From Planctomycetota bacterium (GTDB lineage: Bacteria; Planctomycetota; PLA2; JAEUHO01): 64,000 bases of DNA. The stretch lies in contig CBDCTJ010000007.1 of assembly GCA_965222115.1 (NCBI GenBank), positions 2,208,001 to 2,272,000 of the forward strand, read 5' to 3'. The notes below the pieces were generated by a model. It made no database searches. It was not told the origin of the DNA and saw only the letters and a program-made list of their open reading frames with translations. Positions 47,497-57,004 of this stretch are shown here, in pieces; the stretch's first letter is position 1; the number at the start of each line of letters is the position of its first letter. A program made the position numbers and the translations under genes.

Positions 47497-49047
47497 ATGA
47501 CACCTGAAATGAACAACAAGCGCGCCCGAACGGTTGTGCCCGGTGATGGCTATGTTCTTGGAGATGGCTACGAGCCCGGCAACCGCCGAGTTCGTAGCGT
47601 GATGGTTGCCATCGCGACGCTCATGCTCCTGGGCACGATGTTTCTTCATACGGGCGATGCCTATTCGGACGTCGTGAGACTTCGCACCGGGGAGTCCATC
47701 AAGGGTCGTCTCCTGCAGTCGTCCAGCAATCCCGATGTGTTGGTCGTCGAGGACTTCCTCAGCGGCGCCATGCGTAAGCTCTCGTGGAGCGTCGTCTCGC
47801 CTGCCGACCGCGATCGTATCCAAGAAGACTGGGGCTGGAAAAACAAGAACAAGCGTGTGGTCAAGGCCCACATTGTTCGCCACCGCCTGAGCAATGGCGA
47901 CGTCGTGGAAGTCGAGGGACTCGTTGAGCAGGACGACGCGGCGGGCATCAAGATTCGATTTGATGGCCGCGTCGAGTTTATTCCCCGCGATCGCGTGGTG
48001 GGCGAAGTGATCGAAACCGAACTCGACCCGCGCGACATCTGGAGCCCTGATCAGCTCTACCAACGCTTCATGGATGAGTTGGCCAAGGAAGATGGCGTAG
48101 ATATCAACAACCTCAATTCGATTCAGCGATGGCGTTGCGCGGAAATGGCTGTTTGGATTGGCAAATTGAAAGAAGCGCTTGAACACTATGAAGCGTGCGC
48201 GGCCGACGAGGAATTCACACGGGCTGGCGTGGCCGCGGCGCGGGCCATCAATGTCAAAGCGTTGTTGGCCGATGCCGCAGCACTCTCGAAGCTGCGTCAA
48301 ATTGCGCGCACCATAAGCATCGACAAATTCGGTCGCGCAAAGACGATGATCGAAGCGTTCGCGGAAGAGCATCCCGAGTCGCGTAAGCCCGTTCTCGAGA
48401 AGCTTGAGAAGACCAAACAACGGCTTGAGACCGAGCGCCTGGAGTTCTTCCAGCGCATGGCCGCCAATCGTTTCGTCAAGATCGTCGAGAAGATGATCTC
48501 CGTGAAGACCCGAGATCGAGATTTGACGTTGAGCGATGCGACCAACTGGGCGCGCAAAGAGCTGGTTGATGAAGCATTCAAGGTTCTCGCGGCCAACATG
48601 TCAAAACATGACGAGGTAACGCCGGAACAGGCTCGCACGTTCTGGGACGGTCGTAAGAAACGTAGGAATTGGCACTCGGCAACCTATGGCGCCGGCACCT
48701 TTGTTGTGCGCCCCCCCAAGGTGAAGCAGCCCAAGCGACGGAGAAGTTCATCTCGTAAGCGCAAGAAGTCCAGCGGCCCGCGCGTGAAGATCGATATTCC
48801 CAAGCCACCTACCAAGGAACAGTTTTGGGAACGCGCCAAGGGCGCCGCGCGCTCGTCTTGGTTGATGGCATTTTTCGTTGAGAACTCCGATCTCTTTGAG
48901 ATTCATCCCAAGGAGCGATTGTCCAAGTGCCCGCTTTGTAACGGCGTAGGTCTACGGACAAAGTCCATGAGCAATGGCACCCAGATCCAACACCTGTGTG
49001 AGCGTTGTGCCGGCGCCCAAATGGATGTGCGCATTCGATTCCGCTAG
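47497..49047 (+). CDS. Exported hypothetical protein with C-terminal DnaJ-type zinc-finger-like motif
   Basis: ATG 47497 after AAGGT; hydrophobic signal ending 'DAYS-DVVRLRTGESIKG'; C-terminus 'CPLCNGVG...CERCAG'. Confidence 0.75.
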   Translation: MTPEMNNKRARTVVPGDGYVLGDGYEPGNRRVRSVMVAIATLMLLGTMFLHTGDAYSDVVRLRTGESIKGRLLQSSSNPDVLVVEDFLSGAMRKLSWSVVSPADRDRIQEDWGWKNKNKRVVKAHIVRHRLSNGDVVEVEGLVEQDDAAGIKIRFDGRVEFIPRDRVVGEVIETELDPRDIWSPDQLYQRFMDELAKEDGVDINNLNSIQRWRCAEMAVWIGKLKEALEHYEACAADEEFTRAGVAAARAINVKALLADAAALSKLRQIARTISIDKFGRAKTMIEAFAEEHPESRKPVLEKLEKTKQRLETERLEFFQRMAANRFVKIVEKMISVKTRDRDLTLSDATNWARKELVDEAFKVLAANMSKHDEVTPEQARTFWDGRKKRRNWHSATYGAGTFVVRPPKVKQPKRRRSSSRKRKKSSGPRVKIDIPKPPTKEQFWERAKGAARSSWLMAFFVENSDLFEIHPKERLSKCPLCNGVGLRTKSMSNGTQIQHLCERCAGAQMDVRIRFR

Positions 49048-49107
49048 CAGGAGCCTCCTCGACGCGCACTTCATGAATCGTCCTGGATAGCGTGGTACGC
49101 TGTATCG

Positions 49108-49749
49108 ATGCGTACGCCCATTCAATTGTTCGTGACGAGACTTCTGCTCGTGGGATTCCTCGCGGCGAGTTTGGTTGCGGGAAGTCCCGTTCATGCCGAA
49201 GACGCCGTTCGAATCCGCCCGCCATCGGTGGCCGATCTTGGGGACCTGGCCGAGCAAGTCATTAAGGTCACCAAGGACCTCGACGATCTCGTCAATCTGG
49301 CGGCCAAAGATCCTCGGGCCGTGCGCGTGGATATGTATATGGCCTACACGCCGAGCGTGATGAAGTCGCGAAAGGCAAAGGACGGGGCGGTATTCGCTGA
49401 AGAACTCGTCGAGATCATGGAAGACAAGGACGCCGAGTTTACCCTCCGTCGAAGTGCACGCGACGCGCTCTATCACGGCACGATGATTTCCCAAGACCCC
49501 GAACTCAGCGGTGACATCAAGAAGCGCAGTGGGACCAATCGTGGCTACTTCTATCGCACAAAGGTGGTTCCATTTCTCACGGATAAGCGTGATGCCCGGC
49601 TTCGTAAGCTCACTCAAGAACTACTGACCCGGGTGTTTGGCTCGATGCAACATGAACGTGCCATCGCCAAGTATGATCCGATCAAGGCCGGATCCAAGAC
49701 GTGGTCGCCCGCTCGCAAGGCGTGGGCGAAGCACTTGCTCAAGCGCTAA
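49108..49749 (+). CDS. Exported hypothetical protein (alpha-helical)
   Basis: Signal peptide 'RLLLVGFLAASLVAGSPVHA'; same strand as the operon, coding-like codon usage. Confidence 0.7.
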   Translation: MRTPIQLFVTRLLLVGFLAASLVAGSPVHAEDAVRIRPPSVADLGDLAEQVIKVTKDLDDLVNLAAKDPRAVRVDMYMAYTPSVMKSRKAKDGAVFAEELVEIMEDKDAEFTLRRSARDALYHGTMISQDPELSGDIKKRSGTNRGYFYRTKVVPFLTDKRDARLRKLTQELLTRVFGSMQHERAIAKYDPIKAGSKTWSPARKAWAKHLLKR

Positions 49750-49761
49750 CGCGGACGTTAC

Positions 49762-50772
49762 ATGAAGGAAATCGGTACGAAACGCGCGTCGTGGCGTCTC
49801 AAAGTCGATCTCCGGGTACGCATCATTGCCCTCGTCGTTGCGTCGTTGACAGTTACGCCGCTCACAATGGGGGGGTGCGGCCGCGCCGATACGACACCTC
49901 CATCGCGTGAAGCCCAAGTCAGCCCCGTGTACGGCAGTGAGAGCGGCGAAGATGCGTTTGCACCGGTGGCAACACTGGATGGCAGGCCAATAAGCAAGGG
50001 GCAGTTGGCCGACTTCTGGTTTGAGCGTTATCCCGAAGAGTACGCCCGAACCGTACAGAGTTTTGTCGATCGCAAACTCATCTACCGAGAAGCCACGCGG
50101 CATGGGATGAAGGTGCCGCGTAGCGTGTTGGAACGCGCGGTTGCGAACGAGGTTGCGGCGCGGCGAAAGCAAATCGCTGCGCGCTACGGTCCACGGGCGC
50201 GCCTGGAAGACGAGGTGCGTCGCGCCTATGGCGTGGAACTCGCGGTGTGGACAAACAACATTTTGCGACGACGCATCTACGAACGGCTGCTACTGGAACG
50301 CGTCGTGCGTTTACAGACACGCAGCGCGCTTCGCGTTCATGCGCGTGTCATCGTGCTCCTGACCGAGGCGGATGCCCGGCGCGTGGCAGCCAAAATCCGG
50401 CGTGGCGCCGACTTTTCGTTGGTTGCTCTGCGCGAATCCAAAGATCCCACGGGAAAAGCGGGCGGGGACCTTCCGCCGATTGCCCGCGGAGATCTTGCCC
50501 ACCCTCAAGTTGAGTCGCGCCTGTTTGCGGCATCCCCCGGCGATCTCGTTGGGCCGCTTCGCGTTCTGGTCGAAGGTCGCCCTCAATTTCACCTCTACAA
50601 AGTGATTGCCCGGCACCCGCCGTGGTCGGGCGACTTGGCCGCGCTTGAAAGGGACCTAAGCGAGCAGCCCGTCCGGCCGGCCGAAGTGGATCGTTGGCGC
50701 GCGCGCCTGCATCGGGAGACGGGGCTCACACTGTTTCGCCCCGATGGAACGCGGTGGGTGCGCCCAAAGTAG
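49762..50772 (+). CDS. PpiC/parvulin-type peptidyl-prolyl isomerase (PrsA/SurA-like), probable lipoprotein
   Basis: 'VATLDGRPIS', 'VHARVI...GADFSLVALRESKDPTGKAGGDL...VGP...FHLYKV'; lipobox-like 'MGGC'. Confidence 0.85.
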   Translation: MKEIGTKRASWRLKVDLRVRIIALVVASLTVTPLTMGGCGRADTTPPSREAQVSPVYGSESGEDAFAPVATLDGRPISKGQLADFWFERYPEEYARTVQSFVDRKLIYREATRHGMKVPRSVLERAVANEVAARRKQIAARYGPRARLEDEVRRAYGVELAVWTNNILRRRIYERLLLERVVRLQTRSALRVHARVIVLLTEADARRVAAKIRRGADFSLVALRESKDPTGKAGGDLPPIARGDLAHPQVESRLFAASPGDLVGPLRVLVEGRPQFHLYKVIARHPPWSGDLAALERDLSEQPVRPAEVDRWRARLHRETGLTLFRPDGTRWVRPK

Positions 50773-51052
50773 GCGTGTTTATCTAGATGCGTCCATTGCG
50801 AGCCAATGCGTCCGATGATTCTAGGCGCTGTCTGAAAACTCCTCTACTACGCAATCCGATCCTCTCGCTGCGAGTCGCGTCCCTTCGAAATTGCCGTCCT
50901 CGACGTGAACAGACCACGCCTGCGGGCCAATTTCTTGGTCCATCGACTCTCGCATCGGTCTCGAATCGCTCGTCACGAGGCTTTTCAGACAGAGCCTAAG
51001 CTGGCGAACTTCTAGGTTCGTAACATTGAGTGGCACGGGTAGGCTACGTCGC

Positions 51053-51760
51053 ATGATTCAAGAGACGCCGGCGGCCGAGGAAGCTACGCAGACGATGAGT
51101 GACGCCCCTCCTGAGATTGAAGCAGGCAGCGAGTCGGGCAAGAAGCCCGTCGAGGCGTCATCGAAAGAGCCATCGAATAGAGCGAGCAAGGGGTCGAAGC
51201 GCAAGGCTGCCAAGGAAAAGCCGCCCAAGCCGCCAGCCCCGGAGTTGCTTGAAGGTGCCGTGGAGTCGCTCTTGCTTGCCACCGGCGATGTGATTCGGCT
51301 CTCCCGACTACGTGATGTCCTGGGGCTTCCGTCCGTGGCACCGGTCAAAGAAGCGCTTGAGGCCATTGAATCGCGTTGGCAGAAGGCCAACGTGGCCGTG
51401 CAATTGGAGTTTGTCGGCGGTGGTGTCCGCGCCGTTACGCGGCCCGAATTTGCCGAGTTCGTGGCGCGGCTCAGCAAGCGTCCGGCGCGGTCCGATTCGC
51501 TTACAAAGACCCAGCTTGAGACGCTCTCCATCGTTGCCTACAAGCAGCCGGTGCCTCGGGCTGAGGTGGAGCGCATTCGAGGCGTCCAGTGCGGCGAATC
51601 GTTGCGGGCTCTACTGGAGCGGCAGCTCATCAAGGTGGTAGGGCGAAGCGACCAGCCCGGACGTCCCATGCTCTACGGAACGACCCGGCGCTTTCTTACG
51701 AGCTTTGGCCTGTTTGACCTCAAGGACCTCCCGTCCGCCGCGGACCTCAAACGCTTGTAA
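51053..51760 (+). CDS. scpB: SMC-Scp complex subunit ScpB
   Basis: 'VESLLLA', 'LETLSIVAYKQPVPRAEVERIRGV', 'GRSDQPGRPMLYGTTRRFL..FGL..LKDLP'; exact start uncertain. Confidence 0.95.
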   Translation: MIQETPAAEEATQTMSDAPPEIEAGSESGKKPVEASSKEPSNRASKGSKRKAAKEKPPKPPAPELLEGAVESLLLATGDVIRLSRLRDVLGLPSVAPVKEALEAIESRWQKANVAVQLEFVGGGVRAVTRPEFAEFVARLSKRPARSDSLTKTQLETLSIVAYKQPVPRAEVERIRGVQCGESLRALLERQLIKVVGRSDQPGRPMLYGTTRRFLTSFGLFDLKDLPSAADLKRL

Positions 51761-51940
51761 TCTTCTGTCGGATTCGCATCCAGCGTCTGTCTCGGTGGAA
51801 TCGACCGGCGCGGGCGCCGTTTCTACGGGTGGAGACGCCGATTGGATGCTGGGATGGGGCCCGCTATCCTCTCGGGCTTGCCCCATGCCGGGGGCACGCG
51901 TCTCCCACGATGAGGGCAGGCGGCTGCTGGCGGAGATTCC

Positions 51941-54900
51941 ATGGCTAGTTTCAAGAAGACCTACAAGCGCTACGAGCGAGCCTTCCTCCTTGGATTGGTG
52001 TTCCTATTGCTTGCCACATTCTCCATCGGTGGCGCCATGTCGTGCGACCAGCAGACGGGGCCCGCGATGGAGGCCTACGCGGGTTCGTTCAACGTTCCGG
52101 GCGGCGGTGAAGCTGAAGTAGACGAAGACGACTGGAATCAGGCTTTTCTGAATGTGCGCGCATTGCAGGCGTCAACCGGCACGTTGACGGCCGAGTACGC
52201 CGACTTCTTTGATGGCCGTGATACGACCGATCTCCGACACGCGACATGGGTTCAACTTCTGGGCACCAAGCTTGGTAAGGCGGCAGGCTACAAGGCCGGT
52301 AAGAGCCAAGTCGATCAGGCGGTTCGCGATCTCGTTGGCGGTCGCTGGGCACGCCAATCGCAGCGCGTATTCGATGATCAGTCCTATAGCGACTTTCTTC
52401 GCAACCAAGTACGGATGACACAAAGTGAGTTTGAAGAACTCATGGGTGACGTCGTCGTGCGCGACCAGTTCATTACGCCGCTCATCGAGAGCGCCAAGTA
52501 TCAATTCGCCATGCCTGAAGTTTTTGAAGAGTGGAAGCACCAGCGCGAGCGCGTCAATCTCGAGTTCGTGTCGCTTCCCGCGGGACCCATGGAAGCGAGA
52601 GTTGCCAAGCAAGAGGCCACCCGCGAGACGATTCAAGAGGAAATCACCCGTCTCCGTGAGTTGTCGCTTGTGGCGCGCAACATTCGAACGGCGTCGGCGC
52701 AAATCGATTCAGCATTCAAGAAGAACGGCACGCTGCCCGCCGATTTCACGAAGCTGCGACCGGGATCCACGGTTCCCAAAGACCCGTGGGGCACCGAACT
52801 GGCGTACAAGGTGGACGGCGAATCCTACACGCTGCGATCCGCGGGTCCGGACAAGTCACTTGGCAATGAGGACGACGTTACGCTGATCGACCAGCGTGCC
52901 TTGCAGAGTTATGCGCGCATGCTTCGCGTTGGTAAGGCGCTACAGGCATGGAAACGCGTTAAAGACGCCTGGCCAGAGGACCTCGAGACGTTGAAAACGG
53001 CGCCCAATGCCGAAACCACCGCCCCGCTTCCCAAGACGGAGCCTCTTGTCGATGGGTGGAAGCGCGAACTCGTCTATGTGGCGCCCACGGGCGATAGCCC
53101 AGCAGTCGTTTCGTCGGTGGGCAACGACGGCGAAGCGGGCACGGACGATGACTATCGCCTTGAAGTTACCGACGATCCGCTTCACTTGGCCCCGTTTGGG
53201 CGCTACGCCTTCCGTTCCGACAGTAACGCGCCCAAGGGTGCCGTAGCCACTCCAAAGGACGGATGGGACCGGCCGTTTCGACTGTCGCTTGCGGATCCCG
53301 CGCGTTTGATGTGGGAAGTGCGAAGCGCCGGCGCCGACGGAACCTTTGACAATGACGATGATCTGACCACCCCCAACCAGGCCGAGATCGCGCGCTTCTA
53401 CGCCCAGCCCGATACACGGCGCCGGTTCCGTGAGCCCCTTCGACGCGAGTTCGAAGCGCTCTACGTGCATCTACCCAATCTAAGCGACGGCATTCTTGAG
53501 GTGCTCTGGAAGAAGTTCCCTGAGGCGCGCCCCGCCGATGAGGAGACGGTGTTCGAGCATTGGAAGAGCCACCGCGGTGGCGACGCGCTTTCGATCTACA
53601 ACGCCAAGGATCCAAAGGATGCCGAAGAAGGCCACGGCGCGGCGACGATGAAAGAGGTTGCGCCCGATACTCAAGTCAATCTGCGCCCTTCGCCCAGCGT
53701 GTTTCCCGATTTGGGCCATCGCAAGCCCGAAGAAACAGGTCCGAAGGATAACGAATCGAACGATGGCGAGTCTAAGGATGACGAGTCCGAGGATAAGAAA
53801 GACGACGAAAAGGACGCTACGGATCCCGATGAAGAACTCCGGAAAGAGTTCGTGGATAAGGGTTGGCGTGAAATCGTGATTCGCGAGATGTTTGTTGAGT
53901 CGTTGCTCAACGAGCTACTGAAGAAGCTTCAAGCAAACCAACGTGAGATTCGCGACTGGGACAAGAAGTACGGTTCGAAGTCGGGTGACGACACGTCCGA
54001 TGACAAGGAATCCGACAAGAAGTCCGGTGAGAATGGCGAGTCCAAGGACGAAAAGAAGGCACCACCCCCGCGCCCCAAAGAACTCACCATGGAAGGCCTC
54101 TTCGAGGACGACCTGAGAGATGCGGTCCCTACGCCGGAAGAAGAAGAAAAGGGCCACCGCTCGTTTACCTACTTCAAGACCACGGGCGGCGTCACGCGCG
54201 ATGAGTGGGAGGCGCTGCCCTTCCTTGGTGATCCGAATCTGAACATGACGCTTGGCACACTCAGCAGTGATGGGCAATACGCAAGTATTCCGCTTCAATT
54301 GCATAGCCGAACCACCAAGGCGCTCATTCGTCAGATCAAGCTTACGCCTGCCCACGATCCCAAGTTTGAGGACATCAAGAACAAAGTGTTTGAAGCCTTT
54401 GTGTCAAAGCGCGCACTTGACTATGCGTTCAAGGAACTTGGTAAGCTCAAGACTGCGATTCAAACGGCGGAAGATGAAGACGCCGAGAAGGGCGCCGAGA
54501 AGGCGCTCAAGGAATTCGCTGAGCGTGTTGGCGTTCCCTACTTCCGTGAGACAACGGGCATGTTTATTGGGGCCCGTCCGCCGCAGCAGACCGAACTTGA
54601 AGGCGAAGACGACGATCAAGACAAGAAGAAGCGGATCTACACCCCCGAGGAAAAGAAGATCCGTCGTCGGAACTTCATTTTGCGTACGGGCTACGCGACG
54701 GTGCGAAAGGGAACGTCCCAGCAAGACGAAATTGAAGCCGCACCCGGTACGTTTGGACGTCGCGTGTTGCGCGATGGCGGTGAAGATAGCACCAACAGTG
54801 CGTACCTCGTCCGTGTGAAAGAACGCCAGTTCCCCGATCCCGCGGAGTTCTCATCGCGCGATTACCTGATGGAGCTCTACCGCAAGGTGTATGGCACGCA

Positions 54901-55045
54901 GGGGCGCAACCAGCGCATCGCCCAGCGCGACGGTACGTTTTTCAAGAGCTTGCATCGTTACACGCAGGACTATCAGTGGCTCAAGTCCACCTTCGATGTG
55001 GAATTGGATGATGGCAAGGACCTGCTGGCCCCCAAAACGCGGTAG
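51941..55045 (+). CDS. PpiD/SurA_N-like membrane-anchored periplasmic protein with three inserted GspG-like head modules
   Basis: N-terminal anchor 'AFLLGLVFLLLATFSIGG'; PpiD-like 'SEFEELMGD...EWKHQRERVNLEFV', 'EIARFY...FREP', 'PKFEDIKNKV'; three 'D(P/G)W...S.G.D......DD' modules; RBS GGAG. Confidence 0.7.
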   Translation: MASFKKTYKRYERAFLLGLVFLLLATFSIGGAMSCDQQTGPAMEAYAGSFNVPGGGEAEVDEDDWNQAFLNVRALQASTGTLTAEYADFFDGRDTTDLRHATWVQLLGTKLGKAAGYKAGKSQVDQAVRDLVGGRWARQSQRVFDDQSYSDFLRNQVRMTQSEFEELMGDVVVRDQFITPLIESAKYQFAMPEVFEEWKHQRERVNLEFVSLPAGPMEARVAKQEATRETIQEEITRLRELSLVARNIRTASAQIDSAFKKNGTLPADFTKLRPGSTVPKDPWGTELAYKVDGESYTLRSAGPDKSLGNEDDVTLIDQRALQSYARMLRVGKALQAWKRVKDAWPEDLETLKTAPNAETTAPLPKTEPLVDGWKRELVYVAPTGDSPAVVSSVGNDGEAGTDDDYRLEVTDDPLHLAPFGRYAFRSDSNAPKGAVATPKDGWDRPFRLSLADPARLMWEVRSAGADGTFDNDDDLTTPNQAEIARFYAQPDTRRRFREPLRREFEALYVHLPNLSDGILEVLWKKFPEARPADEETVFEHWKSHRGGDALSIYNAKDPKDAEEGHGAATMKEVAPDTQVNLRPSPSVFPDLGHRKPEETGPKDNESNDGESKDDESEDKKDDEKDATDPDEELRKEFVDKGWREIVIREMFVESLLNELLKKLQANQREIRDWDKKYGSKSGDDTSDDKESDKKSGENGESKDEKKAPPPRPKELTMEGLFEDDLRDAVPTPEEEEKGHRSFTYFKTTGGVTRDEWEALPFLGDPNLNMTLGTLSSDGQYASIPLQLHSRTTKALIRQIKLTPAHDPKFEDIKNKVFEAFVSKRALDYAFKELGKLKTAIQTAEDEDAEKGAEKALKEFAERVGVPYFRETTGMFIGARPPQQTELEGEDDDQDKKKRIYTPEEKKIRRRNFILRTGYATVRKGTSQQDEIEAAPGTFGRRVLRDGGEDSTNSAYLVRVKERQFPDPAEFSSRDYLMELYRKVYGTQGRNQRIAQRDGTFFKSLHRYTQDYQWLKSTFDVELDDGKDLLAPKTR

Positions 55046-55069
55046 CGCATTCGGCGGTCAGCCCTGACG

Positions 55070-55103
55070 CTAACCCGGATTATTCATAAACAGTCCGGGC
55101 TAG
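55070..55103. repeat. Short palindromic element / bidirectional terminator between convergent genes
   Basis: ctaacccggatt-attcataaac-agtccgggctag; its end supplies the yidD TAG stop. Confidence 0.55.
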
Positions 55104-55390
55104 GATTTGGGTAGCGCCTTGGGTACGGGATCGTACCCACCGCCGCCACCCGGACCCGGTCGGCAGCGTGTGAGCCGCCCGAACCCCATCGTTACGCCCC
55201 GCACAACGCCGTGACGCTCAACCGCTTCCTTCATGTATTCCGAACATGTGGGCGTAAAGCGACACGCGCTTGGTAGCAGTGGTGAGATCAGCACCTTGTA
55301 CATATGCAGTACGAGAACAACGACGCTCCTAAACGGGCGCGACCACCACAGCGGTGCCGGCGTGGATGCAGGCTGGGTCTCGTGAGTCAT
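55100..55390 (-). CDS. yidD: Membrane protein insertion efficiency factor YidD
   Basis: 'YKVLISPLLPSACRFTPTCSEY..EAV..HG...G......RL.RC.P....GYDPVP'. Confidence 0.95.
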   Translation of the reverse strand: MTHETQPASTPAPLWWSRPFRSVVVLVLHMYKVLISPLLPSACRFTPTCSEYMKEAVERHGVVRGVTMGFGRLTRCRPGPGGGGGYDPVPKALPKS

Positions 55391-55791
55391 TTCCCCTTCC
55401 TACGCGGACGGTGACGTGGGCGAGCCGGTTGCTTGGTGAGTGTGCGTTCCAAATCGTGTGCAATGCCTTCAAGGGTTGGCTTGACGAGACTCCGTTTCGG
55501 CGACACAAGGAAGTCGTAGGCACCCAGGCGATCTTGGCGATGGCGAAATGCTTCTCGTACCAACCGGCGAAATCGGTTTCGTTTCACCGCCGTGCCATAC
55601 GCACGGGGCGTCGCGCAACCCATGCGGGGATATCCAACCTCGTTTGCAAATCGCCGCACAACGACCTCTCGCCCGGGAAAAACATCGCCTCGGGTCGTCA
55701 CATTGTGAAAGGACGTCCGATGCCGCAACCGTGCACGTCGCTTGAAACGTCGTGACGGAGGCGGTTCTGGGGTGGCCGATGGATCACTCAC
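55387..55791 (-). CDS. rnpA: Ribonuclease P protein component
   Basis: 'RFKRRARLR...F', RNR motif 'GTAVKRNRFRRLVREAFR'; ATGA overlap with yidD; GTG 55791 inferred as start. Confidence 0.92.
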   Translation of the reverse strand: MSDPSATPEPPPSRRFKRRARLRHRTSFHNVTTRGDVFPGREVVVRRFANEVGYPRMGCATPRAYGTAVKRNRFRRLVREAFRHRQDRLGAYDFLVSPKRSLVKPTLEGIAHDLERTLTKQPARPRHRPRRKGK

Positions 55792-55858
55792 GGCGCGTGA
55801 GTATCCCCGCAATAGTGGCAAGGCACACGATTCCACGCCCGGCGGGTAAGATTCGGGC

Positions 55859-57001
55859 GTGACTCAGGGTTTTCTGTTTTACCGCCGTTTCCTTGTCCAC
55901 CTTCTTCCGGAGGGGGATTACGGACGCTATCTGGAGGCACTAGCGGAAGCGCTTCCGATTGAGGTCGTTGCCACAGATGCGGCGGGGCGCGTGATCGTGT
56001 GGAATGCGGCCATGGCGCGCGTTGCCGGCACGCGTGAGGACGCCATCGGAAAACACCTGCTCGACGCACTCCCGTGGCTTGCGTCCGATCCCAATTTGGA
56101 TTGGCGGCGCGCGCTCGACGACGTGCTCATGGGTGGACGACCGTATCGCTTGGCAAGGCATCCACTTGGTGCGCGGGTTGTGCGTGCCACGCTGGGCGCC
56201 ATGCGAGGTGAAGAAGACACGGTGCTCGGTGCCGCGCTCTCGCTCGAAGACATTACCCATGGGACGCGACAAGAAGAGCAAAAGCGTATGCGGGAACGCG
56301 TGGACGCGATTCACGATCTCGGTGCAAGCCTTGCCCATGAACTTCGCAATCCACTCAATGCACTCTCTCTTAATCTGCAACTCCTCCGTGAACAGATTCG
56401 CGATCCCAAGGCGATACCCGCCGACGTCGAAGCGCGCACGGATGGCATGATCGATGAAGTGTCACGCGTGGAGCGGCTCATCACGCATCTGTTGGAAGTC
56501 AGTCGCGGCGGGCCGCTTCGCAGGCGCAACATGAAGATCGATGGCATTGTCGCCGCCGTTGTGTCTCGACTCGAGGGCATGGTTCGGGCACACGATGTCC
56601 ATGTGCAAAAGTCGTTGGGCTCAGCGAGGATGTTGCGACTCGACGAGCAACGTGTCGATCGCGCCTTGCACAACTTGATCCAAAACGCGGTTCAAGCCGC
56701 CGCCGAAGGCGGTGGTCACGTATGGATTACCACGCGGGATGATCCGCATAGCACCGTGGTGGTTGTCGACGATGACGGTCCTGGAATTCGGCCGGAAGAT
56801 CGATCCGAAGTCTTCGTATTGTACTCAACCGGTAAACGCGGTGGCACGGGTTTGGGGCTACCGTTGGCGCGCGAGGACCTGCGACGTCACGGTGGCGAAG
56901 TCGAAGTCTTGTCGCGTCCCGGTGGGGGCGCACGATTTGTCGTGCATTTGCCGATGGACACTTCGGCCCTGGACACTTCGACCCAGGACTGGGAGGAGTA
57001 G
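55859..57001 (+). CDS. Cytoplasmic PAS-domain sensor histidine kinase
   Basis: PAS 'DAAGRVIVWNAAM'; H-box 'LAHELRNPL'; N-box 'NLIQNA'; 'DDGPGI'; 'GTGLGL'. Confidence 0.93.
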   Translation: MTQGFLFYRRFLVHLLPEGDYGRYLEALAEALPIEVVATDAAGRVIVWNAAMARVAGTREDAIGKHLLDALPWLASDPNLDWRRALDDVLMGGRPYRLARHPLGARVVRATLGAMRGEEDTVLGAALSLEDITHGTRQEEQKRMRERVDAIHDLGASLAHELRNPLNALSLNLQLLREQIRDPKAIPADVEARTDGMIDEVSRVERLITHLLEVSRGGPLRRRNMKIDGIVAAVVSRLEGMVRAHDVHVQKSLGSARMLRLDEQRVDRALHNLIQNAVQAAAEGGGHVWITTRDDPHSTVVVVDDDGPGIRPEDRSEVFVLYSTGKRGGTGLGLPLAREDLRRHGGEVEVLSRPGGGARFVVHLPMDTSALDTSTQDWEE

Positions 57002-57004
57002 CGC

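Noticed and set aside
51031-51044. TGGCACGGGTAGGC as a sigma-54 promoter for scpB
   Set aside because: GG-to-GC spacing is 9 nt instead of the required 10.
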